Positions 35,535-49,259 of a stretch of DNA of 64,000 bases are shown here, piece after piece. The translations under genes were made by a program, and so were the position numbers. The stretch's first letter is position 1; each line of letters begins with the position of its first letter. Location: assembly GCF_963921235.1 (NCBI RefSeq), contig NC_086097.1:106828001-106892000 (forward strand). Reading direction: 5' to 3'. The DNA is from Mobula hypostoma. Its lineage: Eukaryota. The notes beneath the pieces are model-generated. The model was not told where the DNA came from. It searched no databases and worked only from the letters and a program-made list of their open reading frames with translations.

Positions 35535-36430
35535 CCAAAAAGACTCAGATCATCTACCAACCGTCACCAACTGAGACAAATCGGATAGAACCATCAATTC
35601 AACTTGGCGAAACAACCCTGGAAAACATGGACCACTTTCCATATCTTGGAAGTCACCTCTCCTCCAATGTCGACCTTAATGATGAGATCCAACATCGTCT
35701 TAAATGCACTGGAACTGCTTTTGGACGTCTCCAAACAAGAGTCTTTCATGATCGTGACATCTGAACAGACACCAAAATGTTAGTGTACAAAGCAGTGGTG
35801 ATCCCAATGCTCCTGCATGCATCAGAAACCTGGACAATATACCAACGACATCTGAAGGCACTTGAAAAGTTCCATCAACATTGTCTTCGAAACATCTTAA
35901 ATATCAGCTGGGAAGATAGAAGAACCAACATCAATGTGCTAAATGAAGCAAAAACAACAAGCATTGAAGCCTATGTCATCAAGAACGAACTAAGATGGAG
36001 CGGTCACGTTGTTCGGATGAAAGACGAACGTCTGCCGAAACAAATCTTCTACTCCCAGCTTAAAGAAGGCAAACATAAAAGAGGAAGGCAACAGAAGAGA
36101 TTCAAAGACGTCTTAAAAGCCAACATGAAGAAATGTAACATTGACATCAACAATTGGGAAATCAATGCCAAGGACAGGAAACTCTGGCAAGCCATCATCT
36201 GAGAAGGAACAACAACTTTCGAAGCCAACAGATTGCAGAATTAGAAGAAATGAGAGGAAAATGGAAAGAGAGGCAGCAACTACCAAAGCCCGGTCTGTCA
36301 TCTGGAACTACCTGTCCTGAATGTGGAAGAACTTTCAAAGCCAAGATTGGACTCATAAGCCACCTGAGAGCCCATAAATAGACCAGTGGAACAAAGACCA
36401 TCATCCTCGACCTTGAGGGATAGCCACAAC
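35535..36430 (+). mobile_element. RTE-clade LINE 3' part
   Basis: FPYLGS, LL.ASETWT, LRWSGHVVRM.DERLPKQ and a terminal C2H2-like CPECGRTF...LISHLRAH. Confidence 0.9.
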
Positions 36431-38308
36431 ACCGGTCCTTATCCTTTAATAATACCTCAGCTTCACTCCTTATATTTCCAAACTCGAAAAATATACTGCT
36501 ATCTGGCGAATGAAGCTACACAGTTTATTCCCGTCAAAGAGTCAAAAAAAATAGGCAGATGCTGCAAATCTGAAACAAATCAGAAAATGTGCAGATCCTG
36601 AGCAGGTCTGACAGCATTTCAGAAGAGGGAAAGAGTTAATATTATTGATTGATGGCCTTTCATCCGAGTTTGCTGCTGTTCCTGTCTCCTCTGAACAGTC
36701 ATACCAGTTTCCCACAAAACTGTTGTCAGTACTGCTCCCTCGGTCTCTAGGCCAATCCATTCATTCTTGGTCATTTCAAACTCCAGACCTTTCCAATCTC
36801 CCTTACTATCTTTCTTCAAACAAATTAATTTTTTAGATTTTACCCCACCTCACCAAACTCTACCCTAAGCACCACAGCAACCAGGACATGTCATGTATTA
36901 TTGCAATGGTATTAATGACATACAAGGCTATGTCTTCTCTGTCTCCGCTCACAACACACTTCCCCCTCCTCATCCCAATTTTTTCTCCATTCTCTCATTT
37001 AAATACATGCTGTCTAGCTTTGGCCTTCGTTCACTATTGCGCAGGATACAGTACATCTGGAATTTGATGTGCTATCAAATGATATCACTGACAAACAGTG
37101 TGCAAATGATAAAATGAGAAGGTATTGGGTGATTTGAAGGTGAGAGTTAGTACCTGAAAGGAGAAAAACTGTTTCAATGAGGTTTCTGTAGCTAACAGCA
37201 TATTTAGCCATTTTCACAGCTACACTTCTAATGTATTTATTGGCAGTAAAACTCTGAGACCCTCGAACTGTGGGCATTCTCCCTATAAACAACCCTAGTC
37301 CGTTTTGTGACATTAAAGGACATGGTCTTAAATCTTTATAGTGAACCGCTGATTTAAACCCCCAATACCACATCTGATGTGAACACATAAAGCTTTCTGA
37401 TGTTAATTTCCTTTGCTAAATGTACTACCATAGCAGGACAATTATGAAATGCAAAGATAAGCCCCTGCTTCTCTTTACCACTACTAATCATCCACCTTAT
37501 CATCCACCTCCCTCCAGCCTCACTACTAACAAGTACAGTGAGATTTAGACCTTCATGCCACCAAGTTTGTCTGCTTTAATTCCCAGAATGCTGCTGTTCA
37601 GAGAGATCTTAGTGTCCTCATACACAAACTACTATATGTTAACAAATAGGAATTGGGGAGGGAGTCGAAGTCAATTGAAATGTTGGGCTTTATTGCAAAG
37701 AGGATTGAGCAAAAACGTAGGACAACCTTGCTAAAACTACACAGGACATTTGTGGGATCTGAAGTACAGTGCACAAATGTGTTTTCCTTATACTGAGCCA
37801 GTACAAATTTGGTTCCTGAGATTACAGCATTAGCCAATGAGGAAAGCCTGCTCTGGTTGGGCCAATACTCATCAGAGCGAGAGCATGAGAGTTATTCAAT
37901 TGAAACATACACAAATATGAGCAATGTGAAAGAGAGATGCTGAGAGGACGATTGCTCTTGTAAACAACATTTCAATGGCAGTTTATCTTACACACAGTGA
38001 AATAGCTGTATTGTTATTCATCACTTTCATTGCTAAATATTTTGCAGTATTGCATAAAAATTCATCACAGATAGAGAACAAACACTTTTTTTAAAACAAT
38101 CTTATATTTAATATTCAAAGCTTTTAGTTATTGCATCACACTTGTAATGAATAATTACAACTATTTCTGTGTATCTTTAAAAATCTAATTTACTTATTTT
38201 TATAAGTTATGGAAGTGCTTTTCTCACTTAGGTCTTCAGTGTTATCACTTTTGTTGTTTTGCATGCAGAATTGATTCAGTCTTCAGAAATATCAAACGCT
38301 GTAGTCGC

Positions 38309-38900
38309 AAGTTCAAGGTAATTGTTATTATCAAAGTACATATATGTCACCATATACAACCCTGAGATTCATTTTCTTGTGGATATACTCAACAAATCTA
38401 TAGAATAATTACTATAACAGAATAAAAGAAGGACCACCCATCTAGGTGCTCAACCAGATTGCAGAAGACAACAATGCAAATACAAAAAGAAGAAACAATA
38501 ATAATAAATAAATAAACAATACGTATCAAGAAAACGAGAGGAAGAATTCTTGAAAGTGAGTCATTGGTTGTGGGAACATCTCACAATGAGACAAGTGAAG
38601 TTCAGTGATGTTATCCCCTTTGATTCAAAAGCCTTAAGGCTGAGAGGTAATAACTATTCCTGAAGTTGGTGGTGCAAGTTCTGAGGCTCCTGTACCTTCT
38701 TCCTGATGGCAGCAGCGAGAAGAGAGCACGTACTGGGTGGTGGGGATCCCTGATGATGGAAACTGCTATCCTGCGATAGCACTTCATGTAGATATGCTCA
38801 ATGGTTCAGAGGACTTTACCTGTGATGAACTAGACTGTATCCACTACATTTTGTAGGATTTTCTGTTCAAGTGCATTGATGTTTCCATACCAGGCTGTGA
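38309..38900 (-). mobile_element. Rex1/Babar-type LINE 3' fragment
   Basis: Minus strand SIIRDPHHP..ALFSLLPSGRRYRSLR...FRNSYY. Confidence 0.8.
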
Positions 38901-39021
38901 AGAAGAATCCTGGTGCTTGAAAATGTACTTCTGAAAGGTATCAACAACTTACAGTTCCAAATCAACACATTTGCTTTCCAAGTTTATGTTGCTTACTGTA
39001 AATGTGACAAATATATATCAT

Positions 39022-39240
39022 TGTGGCGACCCACTTTCTATACAAGCGAACCGGCTCAGAAAATAGCCCGCGCATGGGGAGAGACTTTTGTAATGCACCT
39101 CTGACGCCATTTCTGCCCGGAGAGGGCTGAAAGAGAACTGCTTAAAAGCCAGTGCTGTGAAGTTTAAATAAACGAGTCTCGAGTGCGACTTACAGACTGC
39201 GTGTCATTATTTCTAGCTCAGTGTGTAGCACATCGCTACA
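39022..39240 (+). repeat. 5' LTR
   Basis: TGTGGCG...CGCTACA with internal AATAAA; direct repeat of 43013-43222. Confidence 0.93.
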
Positions 39241-39241
39241 T

Positions 39242-39255
39242 TGGTGACCCCAACG
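39242..39255 (+). promoter_or_regulatory. Primer-binding site, tRNA-Trp type
   Basis: TGGTGACCCCAACG directly after the LTR; complementary with one mismatch to the tRNA-Trp 3' end (TGGTGACCCCGACG, recalled). Confidence 0.8.
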
Positions 39256-39279
39256 GTCCAAACGGGATTTGGACCAAAG

Positions 39280-42200
39280 ATGATCAACTCTTCTTCATCT
39301 GTTCACGCAGTTTCACTAAAACTGCCAGCTTTCTGGACGCTGCAACCACGCGTGTGGTTTGACCAAGCAGAAGCCCAGTTCCAGATTCGGCAGATATCTT
39401 CGGATTCCACACATTACTATTACGTGGTGAGCTCCCTTGACCAGGAGACAGCTGCACGGGTTGGGGATTTCATACAGTCACCCCCCGAAGAAGGCAAATA
39501 TGCAGCATCCAAAGCGCTGCTCATAGAGACCTTTGGCCTCTCACGGTGTGAGCAAGGTGCCCGCTTGCTGCACCTGGACGGTTTGGAAGACAGGCCGCTG
39601 TCAGCATTAATGAACGATATGCTGGCCCTGGCTAAAGGACACAAGCCCTGCCTCATGTTTGAGCAGGCGTTCCTAGAACAACTGCCCGAGGACATACATC
39701 TACTGCTGGCCGAGGGAGATTTCAGTGACCCCCGGAAGGTGGCAGCCCGGGAAGACGTGCTGTGGAAAGCCAAGAGGGAGGGCGGGGCGTCCGTCGGACA
39801 GATTACCAAGCCACGCGCTCAACAGCAGGCCAGACCAGGCCCGGCAACCGAGCGCACACAACCCAGAGGAAGGAGTGAGGAGACCAATGAATAGTGGTGT
39901 TTCTACGACCAGTGGTGGGGCACAGAAGCCAGCCGTTGTTGCCCACCCTGCAAGTTCCAGGGAAATGCCAGGGCCAGCCGCCAATGACTATGGCAGCTGG
40001 CCACCAGGACAGCTTCCTGTACGTCTGGGACAAGCAGTCGCGACGCCGCTTCTTAGTCGACACTGGAGCGGAGATCAGCGAATTACCCCCAATGGGGTAT
40101 GACACCCGCAACAGGGCGACCCTGATGGCCGCAAACAGCAGCACGATTTGGACCTACGGCACCCGCACAGTTCAGCGCCAGCCGGTTCACATGGTACTTC
40201 ACACTGGCCGCCGTGGCCCAACCACTCCTGGGGGCGGACTTCTTGCGAGCCCACAGCCTGCTGGTTAATTTGCAAGGGAAAAGACTGGTCTATGCCAAGA
40301 CTTTCCAGACGTTCTCCCTGGGTGAAGCCAAGTTGCCGGCCCCACACCTCGACTCCATCACGCTATCTGACAATGAATTCACCAGAATCCAGGCGGACTT
40401 TCCATCGGTTTTGGCACCACAGTTCACGGCAGCCATGCCCAGACACAGAGTACAGCACCACATTCTGACCCGGGGACCACCACTCCATGCCTGCGCACGA
40501 AGGCCCCCTTGGACAAGCTCTGCCTGGCGAAGGAGGAGTTCAAGAGGATGGAGGAATTGGGGTCGTACGGCGGTCCGACAGCCTCCCACTTGCACATGGT
40601 TCCCAAAGCAGCCGGGGGCTGGAGACCATGCGGTGACTACCGCAGACTGAATGAGGCTACAACTCCAGACCGCTACCCCGTGCCACACCTACAGGACTTT
40701 GCAGCAAACCTGCATGGGGCAAGCATCTTTTCCAAAGTAGACCTCGTCTGGGGGTACCATCAAATTCTGGTACACCCTGAAGACATCCCCAAAACAGCAC
40801 TCATCACCCCGTTCGGCCTGTTCGAATTCCTCCAAATGCCGTTCGGCCTGAAGAATGCCGCACAGACGTTCTAGCGACTAATGGATGCGGTGGGATGCGA
40901 CCTGGACTTTGCATTCATCTATTTGGACGACATCCTCATAGCAAGCAGTAGTCATCAGGAGCATCTGTCCCACCTCCGCCAGCTCTACTCCTGCCTGAGT
41001 GATTTCGGCCCCGTGATCAACCCAGCCAAATGTCAGTTCAGACTCGACACCATCGACTTCCTGGGCCACAGGATTACCAAAGACGGGGCAACACCTCTGC
41101 CCGCCAAGGTAGACGCGATCCGCCACTTCGCCCGGCCCAACACAGTCAAAGGCCTGCAGGAGTTCATTGGTATGGTGAACTTCTATCACCGCTTCCTCCC
41201 CTCAGCAGCCCATATCATGCGCCCTTTGTTCACCCTGATGTCGGGTAAAGGCAAGGACATTACTTGGGACGAAGAGGCCGCGGCCGCTTTTGTTAAAGCC
41301 AAGGAAGCCTTGGCAGACGCTGCGATTCTGGTGCACCCCAGAACGGATGTTCCAACCGCCCTCACAGTGGACTCATCCAACACAGCAGTCGGTGGGGTGC
41401 TGGAGCAACTCATCAAGGGGCACTGGCAACTCCTGTCGTCCTTTAGCAGGCACCTACGGCCACCCAAACTCAAGTACAGTGCCTTCGACCGGGAGCTGTT
41501 GGCACTATATCTGGCAATCCGGCATTTCAGGTACTTCTTAGAAGGCAGGCCGTTCATCGTGTTCACGGACCACAAACCGTTGACCTTAGCATTCACAAAG
41601 GTGTCCGATCCCTGGTCGGCCCGCCAGCAGCGACATCTGTCCTACATCTCCGAGTACACGACGGACATCCAGCATGCCTGGGGAAAGGGCAACATCATGG
41701 CAGATGCGCTCTCCAGACCAGCTGTCCAGGCCCTGACCCAGGGGGTGGAATATGCAGCACTGGTGGAGGCGCAACAGGCAGACGACGAGATGCCCAGCTA
41801 CAGGACCGCAGTCTCGGGTTTGCAGCTGCAAGACTTCCTCATAGGCCCAGGTGAGAGGACCCTCCTGTGTGACGTGGCTACCGGCCAACCTCGCCCCATC
41901 TTCCCGGTAGTCTGGCGGCGGCGAGTTTTCAACTTCATACACAGCTTGGTGCACCCATCTATCAGGACAACTGTCTGGATGGTCTCCAGTAAGTTCGTGT
42001 GGCACAGACTTCACAAACAGGTCAGTGAATAGGCCAAAACGTGCACGCAGTGCCAAACAGCCAAGGTTCAGCGGCACACCAAAGCCCCGCCGCAGTGGTT
42101 CGAACCCACCTGCCGGAGGTTCGACCACATTCGTGTGGATATCGTGGGGCCCCTGCCAGTGTCACGAGGAGTGCGGTACCTCCTAACTATGATAGACCGG

Positions 42201-43000
42201 TTCACCAGATGGCCAGAGGCGGTCCCGCTCAACGACACCACCGCCGATTCCTGCGCCCGAGTGCTGATTGCAAACTGGGTAGCACGCTTCGGGATACCAG
42301 CCCACATTACCTCCAACAGAGGTGCCCAGTTCACCTCCAGCCTGTGGTCGGCTGTGGCCAGCCTATGAAGAACACAATTACACCACACAACTGCCTACCA
42401 TCCACAGTCGAACGGACTAGTGGAACGCTTCCACCGTCACCTGAAATCGGCTCTCATGGCTGGCCTGGAGGGGCCTAACTGGGTGGACCAACTTCCCTGG
42501 GTCCTGCTCAGAATCCGCACGGCGCCCAAGGAGGATCTGCACACCTCGTCGGCCGAGCTGGCGTACGGCACACCCCTGGTCGTCCCAGAAGAGTTCATAC
42601 CAGCCTCAAGGGGGCAAGAGGAAGAACCCGCAGCAGTCCTGGACAGACTATGCGAAAGGCTCAGCAACCTGGCCCCCGTACCGACTTCACAGCATGGACA
42701 GATCCCGACCTGCGTACCCAAAGACCTGCAGAACTGTTAGTTTGTATTCATACGAAGGGGCACACACCGGGCACCACTACAGCGGCCGTACGAGGGGCCG
42801 TTCAAGGTGATCAGTAACAACGGGTCCACGTATGTTCTGGACACTGGGGGGAAAGAGGAGGTTTTCATGGTGGACCGACTCAAACCGGCCCATGTGGACT
42901 TGGCACAGCCAGTCGAGGTTCAGGCACCGCGGCGCAGGGGCAGACCACCCAGACAGAGACTGATCCAGACTGTGGACATTGGGGGTGTATCGCCGGCTCT
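39280..43000 (+). pseudogene. Gypsy gag-pol, disrupted by stops and frameshifts
   Basis: Gag LKLPAFW...WF.QAEAQF; protease [20 protein letters not shown] and YLDDILIAS; RNase H LTVDSS and FTDHKPL; integrase DIVGPLP, IDRFTRW, HPQSNGLVER and a GPF motif. Confidence 0.93.
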
Positions 43001-43012
43001 GGGGGCGGGGGG

Positions 43013-43222
43013 TGTCACTTTCTACACGTGAAACGGCTCACAAAATAGCCCACACACGGGGAAAGACTTTTGTAATGCACCTCTGATGTCATTTCCACCC
43101 GGAGAGGGCTGGAAGGAAACTGCTTAAAAGCCAGTGCCGCGAAGTTTGAATAAACGGGTCTCGAGTGCGACTTACAGACTGCGTGTCATTATTTCTAGCT
43201 CTGTGTGTAGCACATCGCTACA
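43013..43222 (+). repeat. 3' LTR (7-bp deletion near its start)
   Basis: Aligns to 39022-39240. Confidence 0.93.
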
Positions 43223-43756
43223 TTATGATCTTTGGTGGAATCAATTACCTTTGATCCCAAATCAAGGCTATCACTAATGTTATTTTAAGACTGTAATTCA
43301 GTCTTAATATAGTGATATCATAGTCATAGTTCAAGTTTAATTGTCACTCAACCATACATGAATACCCATGAATACAAACAAAGCAGCGTCACTACAGGGC
43401 CAAGGTGCAAAACAAGAGTACCAACAATCACACAGCCCAAGGCACACAGATAACAAGCACATAAGTCACACAAAAGTATAGTCTACTTACATTCCATACT
43501 TACGGAGTTCTATTTAGATTGTAGTTAGTTATTACATTAACATTTCATAATTTTACTTCTGCAGTTATTGTAAATAAATCATTTGTTCTATATATGTAAA
43601 TATAAAATAATAAATCTCACAATAGAGGGTTCAATGGTGGATTTCTCTCAACTACCACAGAGACATTTTCAACACTCAGCTGCCAGTTCTTCAACAGGCA
43701 TCAAACAGAGAAAACTCCACTGGTGTTCACATGAATGTAAAACATCCATGAGATAG

Positions 43757-44085
43757 CACAGTGGCACAGCAATTAGAGCTGCTACCTCACAGGTCCAGGA
43801 AGCCAACATGATCCCAACCAAAGGTGCTGCCCATGTTCCTTCTGTGAAAGCATGGGCTTCTGCTGGAGGCTTCTTTACTCTCACATCCCATGGAGATGGT
43901 ATAGATTAACTGACTATTGTAAATTACTCCTTTGTGTTGGTAAATAGAAAATAATGAAAGGTAAATTGATCGACATGTGAGAGAGTAAGTCACCAGGGTG
44001 CAACAAAATAAGGAGAAGGGTAAAAGGACTTACAATATTGTTCTACTGCGCGTCAGCATGGACCTATGCCTCATTTTTCTCACAG
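43757..44085 (+). mobile_element. Decayed tRNA-derived SINE
   Basis: cagtggcacagc..agagctgctacctcacag head, as in the 19027 copy. Confidence 0.6.
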
Positions 44086-45249
44086 TAAACTACAGAAGAC
44101 GCAATCAAGGCCAAAACAGAAGCATAAAATGGTTAATATTTTAAATGATACCAACTTTCAACAGTACATAATGGAACACAAGTTATATGCACTCATTTTT
44201 TCCCAAGGGAGAAATAAGTTAAATAGAATGATTACTTTGATGTAGTTGAGATAGGAGTCCTGCATAGGCTATTATGATTGAAAATAAATTAATCCCGTGA
44301 TAAATTAATCCTCGAAAAACAAGGTAAGAATTGGGAGGCATTGATAACTATTGTGAAGTAATCTCTGAACACTGGAAAATACACTGGGGCGCTCCAATTA
44401 CTTTGGGTCCTTTAAATAACAGAATAGACACAGGGATGTGGTTTGCCCTCAAATTCCAATACGCAGTAAAGTAGGAACATAAATTGATTCCCCATAAACA
44501 GATATTGGCCCAAACTTTGCAGCCAACAGCAACGTGGCTGTACTTAAAGATGGCTTTAATAAAAAGGTAGCATGAGCTATTCCACTGATGAGAATTTTGA
44601 CAAAGACCAGCAAAATGATTTTGAGATGACTGATTTCTGGATGGCTCTTCACATGACCACAGAGGAAATATCAGAGGGGGTAATGCAACACAGACCAATC
44701 CACAGAATTCAGAACCATCTGATTGGAGAATAAGATGCATTTACAGACCTACTCTGAACTGCCCAGAGAAGTAAATAGAGTTTAAATGATGTTGGAAACT
44801 TTTAAGATCTATGAGAAAATTTTAGAATCTGTTACAGAAAAATTTAATTTACCAACTCTAAGAAAGATCCTCAGAAGAAAATTCTCTTTTAATAATCAAT
44901 TGAAAGATTTTAATATAGTCTTTTAAAATTAATTGCTCCTATTCCACCTGACACTTCAGTAATTATCCATTCTGCATCTGCACAGAATTCCAGAATATTA
45001 CTCATAATTAAAAATTAACAAGTTAAATTGCCAAACCTCATCTGCCCAGTTTTCTCATACACTTAAATTAAATCTGGAAGTCAATGGATTTGCAGGCGCT
45101 TTTGAGTTGAAGTCACAGAGTCAAACAGCAATATAGCACGGACAAGCCCACTGGTCCTACCACTCCATGCTGACCATGGTGCTCACCCAGCTCATCCTAA
45201 TTTCCTGCAGTTGTCCAAGTCTCTTCAAGCCCCATCCCTCCATGTACAG

Positions 45250-46430
45250 CAGGGGTCCCCAAGCTTTTTTGCACTGCGGACCGGTTTAATATTGACAATA
45301 TTCTTGCGGACCGGCCGACCGGGGGGGGGGGGGGGCCGGTGGTGGGGTTGCCAACGGACAAGAGTAGCAATCAAATACGTTGTGTTTACCCCGAGAAAGA
45401 CTACAATGACCATGAAGCCTTGCGCATGTATAACCTGCAAATGCGTGTACCTGCTGTTTTTTTTCTGCAAATCGCTTTTGACCACTCTGTTTGGGGGGGG
45501 AGGGGGGGTGTTAATCATGACCGGAATATAGGTGATAAGTGGCTAATACACTCAATTTTGTTTCTAAAAGGGATTATCTGACGAGTTTAACATTAAACAC
45601 ACAGCACATATTTCCCTCGTATGAATATAGTGATAAGTCAATCATCGGGGGAGGACGGGGAGCTTGAAGTAAGTGTTGAACGAACTTCCAGTAGAAGTGG
45701 TAGAGGCAGGTTCAATATTATCATTTAAAGAAAAATTGGACAGGTATATGGACAGGAAAGAAATGGAGGGTTATGGGCTGAGTGCAGGTCGGTGGGACTA
45801 GGTGAGAGTAGCGTTTGGCACGGACTAGAAGGGCAGAGATATTCCGTGCTGTAATTGTTATATGGTTATATAAGTCATTTAGAAGTCAATAGCATCATAA
45901 CATTTTAACACACAGCACATATTTTCCCCGTGTGAACATATAAAATCATTGCAACACACCAATATCGCTGAATCAGTGGGAGACCTGGGCTTGTTTCCCT
46001 GCAACAAGACGGTGCGATTGAAGGGTGATGGGAGACAGCAATTATCGAAAGGGATTCCTTATGTCCGGTCTATTACACAATTTAGTTTTCGTTGCATTCA
46101 TTGCAGAGTTATGTTGGAAATGGAAGCAACGTTTTCAGTGCTTTCGTAGCTACCTCAGGATATTTAGCCTTGACTTTGATCCAGAATGCCGGCAGAGATG
46201 TTACATCAAACATACTTTTCAGTCCGCCGTCATTTGCAAGCTCGAGGAGTTGATCTCTTTCCCGCGCTGCCATGGATGACGGCGAAGGAAATGACCTCAC
46301 ATGCGTAATGGCTCAACAGTGGGCGTGACAGGGAATGAGGAAAGGTGCAGCTGACTCATATCGCCAAATCATATTGCTTGCTCGCGGCCCGGTAGCACAT
46401 GCTTTGAAGCCCAGTGGTTGGGGACCGATG
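45250..46430 (-). mobile_element. Non-autonomous hAT-Charlie DNA transposon, copy 1
   Basis: TIRs CAGGGGTCCCCAA / TTGGGGACCGATG; perfect 8-bp TSD ATGTACAG; hAT dimerisation-domain remnant FWIKVKAKYPEVATKALKTLLPFPT. Confidence 0.93.
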
Positions 46431-46999
46431 ATGTACAGTACCTATCCAGGTATTTCTTAAATTACAATATCATACATGCCTCAACCTCTTCCTCCATTCC
46501 ATGAAGAACTTGTTTCTCAGGTCTCCTATACCCAGGGAAAATATTGTTACTGTCCAAATGCATATTATAATTTTAAATATTTCTATAAGGTCACCCCTCA
46601 TTCTCCTATGTCCCATAAATAAAGGAATAAAGACCTAACATTGCCAACATCTCCCAATAACCCTGGCTCTCTTATCCTGGCAACATCCTTGTAAATCTTT
46701 TTTGCACTCTTTCCAGTTTAACCACATATAATCTATAACATCATGATCAAAACTACATACACCCAAGTTCAGTCTCACCAACAAATTGTCGCTGTGGCCA
46801 AAAGGCACGTACTCTAGTGGCCTACAAATTATATAATAGCAACATAATGTCCCAACTCTAATACTCTGTGCCTTGACTGATGAGCACCCTTTTTACTTGC
46901 CTGTCTGTGACGCCACTTTCATTGAACTTTGCACTTGTACTCTGTTTCCCTCTTTTTCATGGCATTCCCTCATGCTCTATCATTCATAGAATAAGTCCT

Positions 47000-47108
47000 A
47001 AACACAAGGGATTCTGCAGATGAAGGAAATCTACAGTAACACACACAAAATAGTGGAGAATTCAGCAGGTCAGGCAGCATCTATGAAGGGGAATAAATGA
47101 CCAATGTT
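47000..47108 (-). mobile_element. PLE pseudo-LTR fragment lacking the hammerhead core
   Basis: ttctgcagatg...cagcaggtcaggcagcatctatg matches the pLTR; similarity ends near the ribozyme cleavage site. Confidence 0.7.
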
Positions 47109-47543
47109 GTTTGACTTTGTAACACGTATCACCTCAAACTTACCTACAGTATATTGAAATTCAATTGCAACTCTTCCATCCACTTCCTTAATTGATTAAG
47201 ATCCCCTTCTTATCTACAAAAATTTTCTTCACTATCATCAACACAAGATGGTGCAGGAAGTGGGGCTTCAGATTTTTAAATCTATGGGACCTGTGCAGAT
47301 GGGACGGCTTGCAGTAAATTGCAGGGGGACTAATATCCTTGTCAGATGGTTTGCGAATGCTACATGGCAGTTGCTTGGGGAATCTAGAGTTGCAGGGAGA
47401 TGGGAACCAGTGCCAGAGCAGCTAGTGCTGTGCTTATGGGAAAAGGTGTTGGGGCTACATACAAAGACAGGAATCAAAAGGTTGAACATAGTGTGAATAA
47501 TGTTCTGAGTTGCATCTATTTCAATGCAAGGAGTATTATAGGT

Positions 47544-48754
47544 CAGGGGTCCCCAACCTTTTTTGCACTGTTTAATATTGACAATATTCTTGCGAACCAG
47601 CCGACCCGGCCGGGGGGTGGGGGGGCGGGTAGGGTTGCCAACGGACAAGAGTAGTAGTCAAATACGTTGTGTTTACCCTGAAAAGACTACAATGACCATG
47701 AAGCCTTGCACGGGCACCAGTGCGCATGCGTGACCTGCCGATTTTTTTTCTCCGCTACAAATTGTTTTTGGCAATTCTATTCGGCGGTGGGGGAGGTTGT
47801 GTTAATCACGACCGGAATATAGGTGATAAGTGGCTAATACACTCAATTTCGTTTCTAAAAGGGTTTATCTAACGAATTTAATATTAAACACACAGCGCAT
47901 ATTTTCCTCACATGAATATAGTGATAAGTCAATTATCAGGGGAGGACAGGGGAGCTTGAAGTAAGTGTTGAATGAACTTCCAGTAGAAGTGGTAGAGGCA
48001 GGTTCGATATTATCATTTAAAGAAAAATTGGATAGGTATATGGACAAGAAAGGAATGGAGGGTTATGGGCTGAGTGCAGATCGGTAGGACTAGGTGAGAG
48101 TAAGCGTTTGGCATGGACTAGAAGGGCAGAGATGGCCTGTTTCCATGCTGTAATTGTTATATGGTTATATAAGTCACTTATAAGTCAATAGCACATAACA
48201 TTTTAAGTAACGTTTGGATATTAAACACACAGCACATATTTTCCCCGTATGAACATATAAAATCATTGCAACACACCAATATTGCTGAATCAGTGGGAGC
48301 CCTGGGCTTGTTTCCCTGCAACAAGACGATCCCATCGAGGGGTGATGGGAGACAGCAGTACTCGAAGGGGGTTCCTTATGTCCAGTCTATTCCGCGATTT
48401 GGTTTTCGTTGCATTCATTGCAGACATATGTTGGAAATGGAAATAACGTTTTCAGTGTTTTCATGGCTATCTCAGAATATTTAGCCTTGCCAGAATACCG
48501 GCAGAGATAATATGTCAAACATATTTTTCAGCCCGCCGTCATTTGCAAGCTCGAGCAGTTGATCTTCTTCCCGCGCTGACATGGATGACGTGTGTGTAAT
48601 GACCTCACGTGCATTCAAGCTCAACAGTGCATGACAGGGAATGAGGACAGGTGCAGCTGACTCATATCGCCAAATCATATTGTTTCCTCACAGCCCGGTA
48701 GCACATGCTTTGCAACCCGGTACCAGTCCGCGGCCCGGTGGTTGGGGACCACTG
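47544..48754 (-). mobile_element. Non-autonomous hAT-Charlie DNA transposon, copy 2
   Basis: TIRs CAGGGGTCCCCAACC / GGTTGGGGACCACTG; perfect 8-bp TSD TTATAGGT; colinear with copy 1. Confidence 0.95.
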
Positions 48755-49259
48755 TTATAGGTAAGACAGATCAGCTTAAAGAATGAATCAGCATGTGGAA
48801 TTATGACATTGTAACCATTAGTGAGACTTGGTTGCTGGAGGGGCAGGATTGGCAGCACAGTGTTCTAGGGTTTGGTTGTTTTAGATGTAATAGAAAGGGA
48901 GGTATTAAAGCGTATGGGGTGGCATTACTTGGCAGGGAAAATATCACAGTAATGCTCAGACAAGAGAGATTGGAGGGGTCGTCTACTGAAGCTATTAGTG
49001 GAACTGAAGAAAAAGGTATGACTACGCTAATGGGTTTATATCATAAAATAGACCTTCCAACAGTCAGCAGGCTTTAGAGGAGCAGATTGCGGGGGGAGGG
49101 GGGGGAGATAGAGAGAGACAGAGACAGAGAGAGAAAGAAAGGACAAGTGCAAGAAAAATAAGGTTATCATGGTTAGTGATTTTAAAATTCCACACATGAA
49201 CTGTGACTCCCATTCTGTAAAAACACTGAATGGGATAGAGTTTGTCAAATGTGTTCTGG

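Larger units (their letters stand above)
39022..43222 (+). mobile_element. Full-length but decayed Ty3/Gypsy LTR retrotransposon
   Basis: Two TG...CA LTRs, PBS, gag-PR-RT-RNaseH-IN order, G-rich PPT at 43001-43012, flanks tcat/ttat (probable 4-bp TSD with one mismatch). Confidence 0.95.
45110..47240 (-). mobile_element. Old CR1 fragment interrupted by a hAT element and a PLE piece
   Basis: 3' UTR at 45110-45249 continues at 46431; decayed RT C-terminal sequence follows. Confidence 0.7.

Noticed and set aside
39022..43222. Endogenous retrovirus or domesticated gag gene
   Set aside because: No env between integrase and PPT, Gypsy-type motifs, and multiple stops and frameshifts.
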